The notes: a model not told the origin generated them from the sequence alone. Counted from the first letter of the stretch, positions 7,399 through 15,585 are shown. The stretch: DNA of 24,964 nt from Candidatus Diapherotrites archaeon CG08_land_8_20_14_0_20_30_16 (GCA_002779075.1 PEXK01000037.1:1-24964); one strand, 5' to 3'. A program made the numbers and translations.

Positions 7399-8742
7399 AT
7401 GCGTATGACTCAAAAAAAAGTTATTATTGTGGGGCTGGGCCCTGCTGGTTTATTTGCTGCCAAAGAGTTGATAGAACATGGCTTCACAGTAACTGTTTTG
7501 GAAAAAGGCAAAGGTCTAAAAGAAAGAACAAAAAAGGACTTGTTATTTGGTGTTGGCGGCGCAGGACTATTTTCAGATGGCAAGCTTTGTTTTAATCCAT
7601 TTATTGGCGGAGATTTAACTGAATTTGTCAATTTAGAAGGTGCAAATTCATTAATTCAAGAAGTGCATAATACTTTCAAAAATTATGGGATGAATAATGG
7701 CTATGCACACAAAAATTTAGAGGATTTACATAATTTAAGAGATGAGTCTGCGAAATGTGGAATTAGATTTGTTGAAATTATGCAAAAGCACATAGGCTCA
7801 GATTATTTAGTAAATATTGTTGATAATTTTTGTCAAGATCTTATTAAAAAAGGTGTTGAAATTCAAACAGAAACTGAGGTTCTAGATGTTGTTGTAGGAA
7901 ATAATCAAATAAAAGAACTGGTTACAAATACAGGGTTGGTTTCTAGCGATTATTATTTATTTTGCGTTGGCCGATATAGTTCGGTTTGGTTTAACAAAAT
8001 TGCACAAAAAATTGATTTGGAAACACAACACAGGTATACTGATATTGGAGTAAGAATTGAAACCTTGCACTCAATTACAAAAACAGTTACAGATATACAA
8101 TATGACCCTAAATTTCACATTTATACAAACACGTATGATGATTTTATAAGAACCTTTTGCACAAATCCTGAAGGTTTTGTTGTTACTGAAACCTATGAGA
8201 AATTTGTAAATGTAAATGGTCACGCGATGAAAGACAAAAAATCAACAAATACTAATTTTGCATTTTTAGTAAGAGTTAAATTAACAGAACCTATTGAAGA
8301 CACTACCTCTTATGCCAATCTAATTGGAAAATTAGCAAATTTCCTGGGCGGGGGAAAACCTATTCTACAAAGATTGGGAGACTTAAAAAAAGGCAGAAGA
8401 TCTACTTGGCAAAAAATAGAGAAAAATTTAGTACAACCAACATTAAATGATGTTACTCCAGGAGATATTTCTTTGCTTCTACCACACAGAATAGTAACAG
8501 ATATCGTAGAAGGGTTGGAAAAATTAGATAAAATAATACCAGGAATTAATTCTGATTCTACTTTAATTTATGCTCCGGAAATAAAGCTTTGTGCTTTAAG
8601 AATTGTTTGCAATAAAGATATGAAAACAAAAAGCTTTGAAAACTTGTTTGTTGCTGGTGATGGCGCAGGAGTAAGCGGTTCAATAGTTGCTGCAGCATCA
8701 ACTGGACTAATTGCAGCAAGGGGAATAATAAAAAGAAAATAA
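7399..8742 (+). CDS. FAD-dependent dehydrogenase of the COG2509 family
   Basis: N-terminal dinucleotide fold VIIVGLGPAGLFAAKEL...VLEKG. GVGGAGLFSDGKL motif is characteristic of COG2509. C-terminal FVAGDGAGVSGSIVAAASTG. An alternative start at ATG 7405 has AGGA 5 nt upstream. Confidence 0.75.
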   Translation: MRMTQKKVIIVGLGPAGLFAAKELIEHGFTVTVLEKGKGLKERTKKDLLFGVGGAGLFSDGKLCFNPFIGGDLTEFVNLEGANSLIQEVHNTFKNYGMNNGYAHKNLEDLHNLRDESAKCGIRFVEIMQKHIGSDYLVNIVDNFCQDLIKKGVEIQTETEVLDVVVGNNQIKELVTNTGLVSSDYYLFCVGRYSSVWFNKIAQKIDLETQHRYTDIGVRIETLHSITKTVTDIQYDPKFHIYTNTYDDFIRTFCTNPEGFVVTETYEKFVNVNGHAMKDKKSTNTNFAFLVRVKLTEPIEDTTSYANLIGKLANFLGGGKPILQRLGDLKKGRRSTWQKIEKNLVQPTLNDVTPGDISLLLPHRIVTDIVEGLEKLDKIIPGINSDSTLIYAPEIKLCALRIVCNKDMKTKSFENLFVAGDGAGVSGSIVAAASTGLIAARGIIKRK

Positions 8743-8956
8743 AACCTAGCCAAGGATACATTTAACACCTTGCCTTAAAATGATTTGTGAAGACAAAAGC
8801 TTTTAAGGTATATGTTTATTTAAAAACCTTGCCTGCATTATATAATATATCTCTAAGAGAACTATTATGTTTAATGGGGTGGCATTAAAATGGTTTTTGT
8901 AAAAAAGACTTTTGATGACTCAAAATAAAATGCAAAGTATTTTATGGGGTGACAAT

Positions 8957-9694
8957 ATGGAACTTATTTTATCAGATGCAAAATTATTTAGACAAAGTAT
9001 TGATGCGATGGTTGATTTAATTAAAGATGCTGAATTTATTGTAAATGAATATGGTGTTTCATTAAAAGCAATAGATGCTGCTCAGATTGCTATGGTTGTT
9101 TTTAATATGCCAAAAGATGTTTTTGAAAAGTTCGATGTTTCAGGCACAACCAAATTAGGAGTTAATCTACCATCGCTTTCTAGCATATTAAAAAGAGCAA
9201 AAAACAACGACAAATTGGCCCTAAAGGTAAAGGACAAAAGATTGAACGTTGTTTTGTCAAGTGATAATACAAGATGCTTTTCAATAAACTTATTAGACAT
9301 TTCCAGCAACGAAATGCCAAACCCAGATATTAATTTTGATGCAACAATTAAAATGAAGGCCAACAATTTAATTGAAGGAGTAAAAGATGCAGGATTATTT
9401 TCAACATATTTGCTTTTTAGTGTTGACCCCAAAACATTTAAAATAAATGCTAAGGGGCCACAAGGAGACTTGGAAAATAAAACAGAAATGAGTTCAAAGC
9501 AAATTATGGAAAAAGATATTAAAAAGGAAGCAACAGCAATGTTCTCAATAGAATATCTTCAAAATATTTTGAAGGGTGCAAGCTCAGAAACTGATATTGA
9601 ATTGTTTATAAAAACAAATGCGCCTCTGAAAGTAAAATATAAGATAAGTAATGCTTTGTTAGAATTTTTCTTAGCCCCAAGAGATTATGAATAA
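8957..9694 (+). CDS. pcn: DNA polymerase sliding clamp PCNA
   Basis: 245 aa from the ATG preceded by GGGGTGA 4 nt upstream. The whole length looks like PCNA: FRQSIDAMVDLIKDAEFIVNEYGVSLKAIDAAQIAMVVF, LGVNLPSLSSILKRA, C-terminal LEFFLAPR. The track start at 8912 is an upstream TTG. Confidence 0.9.
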   Translation: MELILSDAKLFRQSIDAMVDLIKDAEFIVNEYGVSLKAIDAAQIAMVVFNMPKDVFEKFDVSGTTKLGVNLPSLSSILKRAKNNDKLALKVKDKRLNVVLSSDNTRCFSINLLDISSNEMPNPDINFDATIKMKANNLIEGVKDAGLFSTYLLFSVDPKTFKINAKGPQGDLENKTEMSSKQIMEKDIKKEATAMFSIEYLQNILKGASSETDIELFIKTNAPLKVKYKISNALLEFFLAPRDYE

Positions 9695-9727
9695 AGCCTC
9701 TATATTGAGAGAGATTGGTGAGAGGCT

Positions 9728-10429
9728 ATGATACAAATTAAAAATAATAGTGCGTTTGTAAAATCTCTTGATCAAATTGCTGTTTTTACTGATGAATGCA
9801 ACATTCATTTTAATGATGAGGGAATCAAAATTCTGGCTTTTGACAATGCTCAAATAATCTATTTGGAATATTTTTTGTCAAAAGACGGAATTGGGGGGGA
9901 GATTCCCAGTGCAGTTTTTGGAATTAACATAACAGAGTTCAATAAAATATTATCAAAAATTAATTCTCAAGACTTACTGTATTTGGATATTAAGGATAAT
10001 TGTTTGGATTTAATTATAAAGGGGCAGTATTCAAGAAGTTTTTCTTTTCCTCAGAAAATAGTTGATGAAAAAAAGCTTGATGTTTACACTGATGATTATC
10101 CAATTAATTTTCAAATAGAAGGCGATATTTTAAAAGATATTTTTATTAGTGCCCGCGTTGTAAGCGATGCGATATTATTTGATTGCAAAGATAAGGAACT
10201 TGCAATATCTTCCGAGGGTATTTATGGAAGATACAAAACCAAAATATCAGCAAATACAAAAGCACCAGTCAAGGCCAAGTTTTCAAGCATACATTTAAGC
10301 AACATGTTAAAGAATGCTAGTTTGGACACAAAAATAGATGTAAAACTCAGCCCAAGACATCCTTTTTACATTTCCTATTCTATAGGAAATAATAATTTAA
10401 GATTCTTTTTGGCACATATGTTTATTTAG
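9728..10429 (+). CDS. divergent second PCNA paralog
   Basis: 233 aa. Colinear with PCNA1: FVKSLDQIAVFTDECNIHFNDEGIKILAFDNAQIIYLEY, FGINITEFNKILSKI, C-terminal LRFFLAHMFI. GGTGAG lies upstream of the ATG, and the gene starts 34 nt after PCNA1. Confidence 0.65.
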   Translation: MIQIKNNSAFVKSLDQIAVFTDECNIHFNDEGIKILAFDNAQIIYLEYFLSKDGIGGEIPSAVFGINITEFNKILSKINSQDLLYLDIKDNCLDLIIKGQYSRSFSFPQKIVDEKKLDVYTDDYPINFQIEGDILKDIFISARVVSDAILFDCKDKELAISSEGIYGRYKTKISANTKAPVKAKFSSIHLSNMLKNASLDTKIDVKLSPRHPFYISYSIGNNNLRFFLAHMFI

Positions 10430-10430
10430 C

Positions 10431-10460
10431 TGGTTTTTTTCTTTTCAAAAAGAAAAGAAA
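10431..10460 (+). terminator. T7 run plus perfect 9-bp hairpin (TTTCTTTTC aaaaa GAAAAGAAA) just after the PCNA2 stop
   Basis: Read directly: T-run 10434-10440, stem arms 10438-10446 and 10452-10460. Archaeal termination commonly uses oligo-T tracts. Function not demonstrated. Confidence 0.3.
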
Positions 10461-10487
10461 GCTACTGAGCAAAAAAAGAAAATCCTC

Positions 10488-10563
10488 ATTGCTATTAGCA
10501 ATTGCTATAAGCAGAATATTCGGGACGTATTAAATATTATTTATTAGCAATAATAATTGCTAA
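10488..10563. repeat. cluster of ATTGCTA/TAGCAAT palindromes
   Basis: ATTGCTA-T-TAGCAAT at 10488-10502. Perfect 12-nt palindrome TAGCAATTGCTA at 10496-10507. TTAGCAAT-aata-ATTGCTAA at 10544-10563. Confidence 0.8.
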
Positions 10564-10728
10564 ATTGTTTTTTGTCCAAAGACACTTTGTAGCTTTAAAA
10601 TGCGCATTCTTTAACCTTTTTATTTGCTCATCTATTGAAGATGGCATATCTTCTCTTTTGTATATTCTGAACCATTCTTTTCCTTTTGTTTTGCCAAATG
10701 TTTCTTCTAAATTGCGCACAATAACCAC
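10537..10728 (-). CDS. small hypothetical ORF downstream of AbiEii
   Basis: 63 aa with GTG start, 25 nt after the AbiEii stop on the same strand. No recognisable motif, and its 3' end overlaps a palindrome. Could be spurious or a gene remnant. Confidence 0.25.
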   Translation of the reverse strand: MVIVRNLEETFGKTKGKEWFRIYKREDMPSSIDEQIKRLKNAHFKATKCLWTKNNLAIIIANK

Positions 10729-10752
10729 ATCTAATATAAAAAGTTTTTGCTA

Positions 10753-11505
10753 TTATTTGTTTTTTTCTTTCTTTTCTTTCAATTGTTCATTAAAATTGTT
10801 GAGCTTTTCTAAAACCAAGGGATAAATCAAATCAAAATCTGGCAAATCAGTTAAAACATATGTGTTGAGTTTTTTCCAATCTGTTTTGAATGCTTTAGCA
10901 TGCAGTTCTACCGCATCAAGTACTATTTCAGTTTTGTCAAATTTAGTTTTCCAAAGCTCAGAATCAAACTCTGTGGCTCTTGACAAAAATTGAAAATCAT
11001 ATAAATCTCTTGCTTTTTCTCTCTGCATTAATGCGGAAATCTTTTCGGCCAAAATTTCTTTCAAAGACATTACATTTATTATAAACGGAGTAAAATCAGC
11101 AAATTTGGGATTTAAAATTTTCTGTTCAAAAACATATGTCGGGCTTGTTGATAAATCTATTCTTAAAGTATTATCTCTAACTAATGGCCCTTTAAAGGAA
11201 ATTCTAAATAAATTTGTGTTATAAATTCGTTTGGCAGTAAATTTAAAATTATGTTTATCTAAAATTGCTTTTAATTTTTTGCTGACCAAATCTAAATCTT
11301 TAACACAAAAATCCAAATCTTCTGAAAATCTTGGCAAGTTGTAAAATTTGTATAGTGCAGTCCCCCCTTTAAATACAAAAAATAAATTGCTTTTTGCAAG
11401 CTCAGATAAAATCAATTCATGCAAATATGCTTTTTCAACAAATTCTTTATTTTCTAGTTTCAATTTCTTTTCAACAGATAATAATGTTTCCTTATCAAAC
11501 ATCAC
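10753..11505 (-). CDS. abiEii: AbiEii/DUF1814 nucleotidyltransferase toxin (type IV TA / abortive infection)
   Basis: FVFKGGTALYKFYNLPRFSEDLDF is the family's hallmark N-terminal NTase motif. About 250 aa. The start (GTG 11505 or ATG 11502) overlaps the AbiEi stop. Confidence 0.85.
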   Translation of the reverse strand: MMFDKETLLSVEKKLKLENKEFVEKAYLHELILSELAKSNLFFVFKGGTALYKFYNLPRFSEDLDFCVKDLDLVSKKLKAILDKHNFKFTAKRIYNTNLFRISFKGPLVRDNTLRIDLSTSPTYVFEQKILNPKFADFTPFIINVMSLKEILAEKISALMQREKARDLYDFQFLSRATEFDSELWKTKFDKTEIVLDAVELHAKAFKTDWKKLNTYVLTDLPDFDLIYPLVLEKLNNFNEQLKEKKEKNK

Positions 11506-12167
11506 AAATCACCATAATTTTCAATTATGCGCCACTTCTTGTTTTTCTCGTTGGTATTCAACCCAGAAGGGTTTAACAAAATATAATTATAATCCATTAT
11601 TGGCAGGTCCAATGCAATCCCTTTTCTCTCTAAAATATATCCCACCCTTTTAATCAAAGAAACATTGTTTATTTTTTTTAATAATATTTTTAATACTTTT
11701 ACATCTAATTCTTCAAAAACATCTACAAAATATTCTAAAGGCATAGTAAAAAAGGAATCTAGTGCCGCTTTTTCCGGCAAAGCAAATCTTACTTTAAAAC
11801 CATTGTATTCCTCCTCTTTAAAACCAAAAAAATATTTTGTGTTGTAATAAAAAAATGTTCTATTAACCTTTATTTCTTTTGTTTTCCTCGAAGTAAATGA
11901 AATTGTGTCGTGTGGTAACTGATCTATTAGACCATAATGAGATAATGCAGAAACAGAGGTAATGTATGATGGACATACCAAATAATTTGCTAAAATATAT
12001 GGATCATCATAACAACTATAAACTCCTTTCCTTAGTTTAAAAACATAATCTGATTTTATCAATTTATTTACAAAATCATTGGCGGTATTTGGCAAATACT
12101 TCTTTAGATCATTTAATTTAAAAATTGGCATTTTTCTTAATAAGTCTACAATCTCTATATCTTTCAT
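11502..12167 (-). CDS. abiEi: AbiEi-type antitoxin / transcriptional regulator
   Basis: N-terminal wHTH-like segment IFKLNDLKKYLPNTANDFVNKLIKSDYVFKLRKGVYS is typical of AbiEi. It is immediately upstream of, and overlapping, abiEii. I prefer the ATG at 12167 (MKDIEIV) over the track TTG at 12179. Confidence 0.75.
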   Translation of the reverse strand: MKDIEIVDLLRKMPIFKLNDLKKYLPNTANDFVNKLIKSDYVFKLRKGVYSCYDDPYILANYLVCPSYITSVSALSHYGLIDQLPHDTISFTSRKTKEIKVNRTFFYYNTKYFFGFKEEEYNGFKVRFALPEKAALDSFFTMPLEYFVDVFEELDVKVLKILLKKINNVSLIKRVGYILERKGIALDLPIMDYNYILLNPSGLNTNEKNKKWRIIENYGDL

Positions 12168-12381
12168 ATAATATACCAATACCGAAAGGTTTATATTAAT
12201 ATTCGTCTCCTTGTATATGGCAATATATCCTATTTATGGAGAAAACAATATTAATTCGATAATGTTTAAAACATATTCCTGGCAGTTATAAAATAGTTAT
12301 AGTTGTTAGATACAAAATTGTGCATTTAAGGATAAGGGATAACAAAAGAATTGGTGTCAATACGAGCTCAACAAATAAGAA

Positions 12382-12690
12382 CTATACCCGTGGGTTAAAC
12401 ATTCTTGGTCGTTCTCTGCCTCTGCCAGGGAAAATGCTTGGACCTTCTACAGGTCTAGGGAATATTCCCCAACCTCCTTTTCTTTCAGGAGTTCTGAATA
12501 GTGGTCTTTCTGGTCTTCTTGTTTCTCTTGGCCTAAATCTACCTGCTTCTATTTCTCTTGCAACTCCTCTTCTGCCTTCAAAAACAAACCTATCTATTGG
12601 AAATCCTCTAAAGTAAGGCCTTCTTCTAAGCAAATGCTGGGCAATAACATCTGATGAAAAGCCCATTCGTCTTGCTATGTGTGAAGACAC
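12382..12690 (-). CDS. Arg/Pro/Gly-rich ORF, possibly the frameshifted C-terminal part of the upstream HExxH gene
   Basis: 102 aa from a GTG, with 24 R and 12 P by hand count. The same frame stays open upstream to 12744 (SEGGSIVSTTTHEFFADIV...). The minus strand is purine-rich (AGA/GAA codons), which fits coding on this strand. Confidence 0.4.
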   Translation of the reverse strand: MSSHIARRMGFSSDVIAQHLLRRRPYFRGFPIDRFVFEGRRGVAREIEAGRFRPRETRRPERPLFRTPERKGGWGIFPRPVEGPSIFPGRGRERPRMFNPRV

Positions 12691-12725
12691 AATATCTGCA
12701 AAGAATTCGTGAGTAGTTGTTGATA

Positions 12726-13109
12726 CTATACTCCCACCCTCGCTCTAAAATTTTCTGCACTTTCTGGTAATACAACATGGCTTAATTCATGTAAAAGAGT
12801 CAATGCGCCATCTGACCTTATATTTCCATAACTATCAAACAAATGGTCGTGAGGAATCCTTATTGCACTCTGCAAAACTAGACCAGACATTTTTTTTATA
12901 TTTTCACCAAAAATTGTGCTAAAAAAGGATTCGTTCAAAGAACTGCCAGATTTGATATTTATTGGCACGTGTCTCATGTTTTCTAAAATCCTTTCATAAA
13001 TCAGCTTTAACTCAGGATATGTTGTTTCTTTAATCATTTGAGAAACTGTTACTCTAGCATGGTTCATAAAAATTGTCAAGTTGTTCCTTTCTTTCAAAGT
13101 TAAAGCCAT
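12726..13109 (-). CDS. HExxH-motif protein, putative zinc metallopeptidase (possibly truncated by a frameshift)
   Basis: 127 aa with ATG start. HELSH lies 18 residues before the stop. No third zinc ligand or downstream helix lies within this frame. Confidence 0.5.
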   Translation of the reverse strand: MALTLKERNNLTIFMNHARVTVSQMIKETTYPELKLIYERILENMRHVPINIKSGSSLNESFFSTIFGENIKKMSGLVLQSAIRIPHDHLFDSYGNIRSDGALTLLHELSHVVLPESAENFRARVGV

Positions 13110-13153
13110 GAAATATAAACTGCTTTTTTATATATATAGTTTTCTATTATATT

Positions 13154-14089
13154 ATGAATTATACTTTGCTTATTCCCTTTTCTGAAGCGACCAAAAAGAA
13201 AGTTGAAGAAATGAAAATAGACTTAAAGAATCCAAATGCTGAGCAAATTGCACTAGTTAGAAATTTGCTAATAAATCTATTTAAGGGACAATTCGAGATT
13301 CCTGATGTCGAGCAAAAGTTTATAGAAGACTATTTTGTTTTTTATCCTTTTGTGAGAATTATTTTATCACACACGAATAAAGATAGGTTTTATGATTCTT
13401 TTTCTAAATTCTATTATGGGGCTGTTAAAAAAGAATTGAAAGAACCAAAAGAAGCTTTAGATCTTTTGAAAATAGAATATAAAATAGTTGGCGACAGATG
13501 CTTGATACCTTTTGAAATTTATATAAAAGCAAAAATATTTTCTGAAAAAGATAAATTAACAAATCAAGCATTGAAAAACGGTTTTGTGTATCTAAACAAA
13601 GATAAAACAGTGGGGTTTGTTGCTAGATTTATAGCATCAAGAGTAATTGAAGGCCTACCCTTAAAGGTTTCTGAAATAAGTCCAATATTTAAAAAAATTG
13701 CAAATGAAATAGATGATATGTTCAAACCAAAACAACCCAAATACAATCTCAAAATAGGAAAAGCAAGATTTGAGAATTTTCCCCCTTGTATGTCTCGCAT
13801 ATTAAGCACTATGCTTGAGCATGGAAATCCAAGCCATATGGAAAGATATTATTTCGCAACCTTCAATTTCACAATAAAAATGGATTTTGAATCTGTTTTA
13901 AATCTGTTTAAAAATACAGGCGATTTTAATGAAAAAATTGCAAAATACCAATTGGAAAAAATCCAAAAATATCCTTGCTCTAATTGCGATACTTTAAAAA
14001 GCATGGGTTTGTGTTTTCCAGACGACTTCTGCAGTAATATTAAGGGACCTGTAGGATATTACATAAAGAAAACCTATAAAAAAATCTAA
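13154..14089 (+). CDS. priL: DNA primase large subunit PriL
   Basis: FENFPPCMSRILSTMLEHGNPSHMERYYFATF is the conserved PriL/Pri2 motif. C-terminal cysteines (YPCSNC, GLC, DFC ... GPVGYY) fit the 4Fe-4S cluster region. Confidence 0.85.
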   Translation: MNYTLLIPFSEATKKKVEEMKIDLKNPNAEQIALVRNLLINLFKGQFEIPDVEQKFIEDYFVFYPFVRIILSHTNKDRFYDSFSKFYYGAVKKELKEPKEALDLLKIEYKIVGDRCLIPFEIYIKAKIFSEKDKLTNQALKNGFVYLNKDKTVGFVARFIASRVIEGLPLKVSEISPIFKKIANEIDDMFKPKQPKYNLKIGKARFENFPPCMSRILSTMLEHGNPSHMERYYFATFNFTIKMDFESVLNLFKNTGDFNEKIAKYQLEKIQKYPCSNCDTLKSMGLCFPDDFCSNIKGPVGYYIKKTYKKI

Positions 14090-14124
14090 ATTAAATCAAC
14101 ATATAAATTTGTAATGCACAGGTA

Positions 14125-14811
14125 CTAATTAACAGAGTAGTAGGACATCAAAATAGTTAAGAAAAGGATAAAAGGAAATAATAAGTAGTATATTAAATCA
14201 GAAAGTATGCCCAAATATATGAGCGCAGCAAAAACTGCAAAACATATTATACTAATTATTAATGTAATAATATAGTATGCCTGTCCTTTTGGATTTGTTA
14301 CTTGGCCAAATGTTTTTTGGAGATTCTCTAATATGTTGCCTTTCATTATTGTTTTGTAAGAACTAAAAACAAAGAATAAACAAAATAATAAAACAACAAA
14401 TAATATAATTTCAGTTAAAACAGTATCATAAATAATATAAAGTTCTGCAAAGAATGCCATAATTATTGCAAACACCAAATCAACAATAAACAATTTTAAT
14501 CCTATGCTAAAATAATCTTTAATCTTCAGGGCGGGATAAAACATTTTTTTTAAAAAGAAAATACTCAACACAAAGAAAAGATAAATAAATGGCAATTCTA
14601 TTAAAAACATCAAAATATAGAATGTTGTTTCGCTTTCTACTAAAAAGATTGCAGAGTCTAATCCTAACAATATTAGGGCAGATTTGTAAAGTCCGTAAAT
14701 TAACCAAAATAAAAAGAAACAAATAAAAATTAGTGGCAGATTTTGTGATGCTTGTAATTTGAAAAGGTTCCAACTAAGTTTCTCTTGCGTTATTCTTTTT
14801 GCAGGCGCCAT
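14125..14811 (-). CDS. polytopic membrane protein, unknown function
   Basis: 228 aa with about six hydrophobic spans and an ATG start. No family recognised. Confidence 0.55.
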   Translation of the reverse strand: MAPAKRITQEKLSWNLFKLQASQNLPLIFICFFLFWLIYGLYKSALILLGLDSAIFLVESETTFYILMFLIELPFIYLFFVLSIFFLKKMFYPALKIKDYFSIGLKLFIVDLVFAIIMAFFAELYIIYDTVLTEIILFVVLLFCLFFVFSSYKTIMKGNILENLQKTFGQVTNPKGQAYYIITLIISIICFAVFAALIYLGILSDLIYYLLFPFILFLTILMSYYSVN

Positions 14812-14853
14812 AATCTAAAGAAATAGGTAAAGAATTTAAAGAGTTGTGCTAAA

Positions 14854-15510
14854 TTAACTTTGTATCTTTACTATATAAAGCATATTTTTCTCTATTATTG
14901 AATATTGTTTAGCACTTGTTTGTTTGATTAGTTTTAATATATCCTCTTTTTTAAAACTTCTCGAAACCAACCCCTTAATCCAAGAATCATTAAAAAAATA
15001 TGCGTTATCCGAAAACTTTGGGTTTTTGTGTCCTCTAGATAAACACATTTTTCGTCTTAATTTATCAAATTTAGAACTATAAACAGAAACAAAGACGTAT
15101 TTTGAGTGTTTTATTATTTCAGTAAATAGATTAGAATTATTTATGTTTCCAAAAGTATTCATTGCACAAATAATTAAATCGAATTTGTTTTTTGATTTGA
15201 AATAATTGGTTACATTTATTCTCTTTAAAACTACATTTTTAATCTTTCGAAATCTAATTTTTACAAAATCAAACATATCTTTATCATGCTCTAATCCTAT
15301 TATTTTACAATTTGGAATGGTCTTTAAAATTAAATTTATTATTCTTCCCGAACCAACCCCAATCTCTAGTATTTTTTGAGGTTTAACTTTTTTTAGAAAT
15401 TTAATTAATTCTTGTTCTTCTTGGGCCCAGTTGGAATACCACAAAGATTTTGTTTTTAAATTTAACTCAGTATCTAAAAGACAAGAAATACAAGGATTTG
15501 AATTATGCAT
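14854..15510 (-). CDS. class I SAM-dependent methyltransferase
   Basis: Motif I ILEIGVGSGRI, acidic residue at the end of beta-2 (GLEHD), motif FDLIICAMNTF. Confidence 0.75.
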   Translation of the reverse strand: MHNSNPCISCLLDTELNLKTKSLWYSNWAQEEQELIKFLKKVKPQKILEIGVGSGRIINLILKTIPNCKIIGLEHDKDMFDFVKIRFRKIKNVVLKRINVTNYFKSKNKFDLIICAMNTFGNINNSNLFTEIIKHSKYVFVSVYSSKFDKLRRKMCLSRGHKNPKFSDNAYFFNDSWIKGLVSRSFKKEDILKLIKQTSAKQYSIIEKNMLYIVKIQS

Positions 15511-15585
15511 AAATTAGAGAGTACAAAAAAGAATTTAAATGAATGTTTAAAAAAATAAAAAAGGAAAGAAGAGAAGATTTTAATT

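Noticed and set aside
12320-12616. Plus-strand 98-aa ORF (L/S/G/P-rich) opposite the Arg-rich ORF.
   Set aside because: It is the complement of the purine-rich AGA/GAA/GGA codon run. All neighbouring genes in the islet are on the minus strand, and the minus frame continues upstream into a motif (HEFFADIV) that complements the HExxH ORF. I cannot formally exclude it without codon-periodicity statistics.
12380-12700. GC-elevated stretch considered as a structured RNA gene (SRP RNA or RNase P RNA-like), because GC islands in AT-rich archaea often are RNAs and it contains palindromes (GGGAATATTCCC, GACCT..AGGTC).
   Set aside because: Strong strand asymmetry argues against it: the plus strand is nearly all pyrimidine and the minus strand purine. 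That is incompatible with extensive intramolecular pairing and is the expected signature of an Arg/Glu/Gly-rich coding region. I recognised no conserved SRP or RNase P motifs.
12729-12744. Programmed -1 ribosomal frameshift joining the HExxH ORF to the Arg-rich ORF.
   Set aside because: The 16-nt window where both frames are open (GCGAGGGTGGGAGTAT) has no canonical X XXY YYZ slippery heptamer, and I saw no obvious downstream pseudoknot. An indel or pseudogene is the more economical explanation. The frame break itself is kept as a finding.
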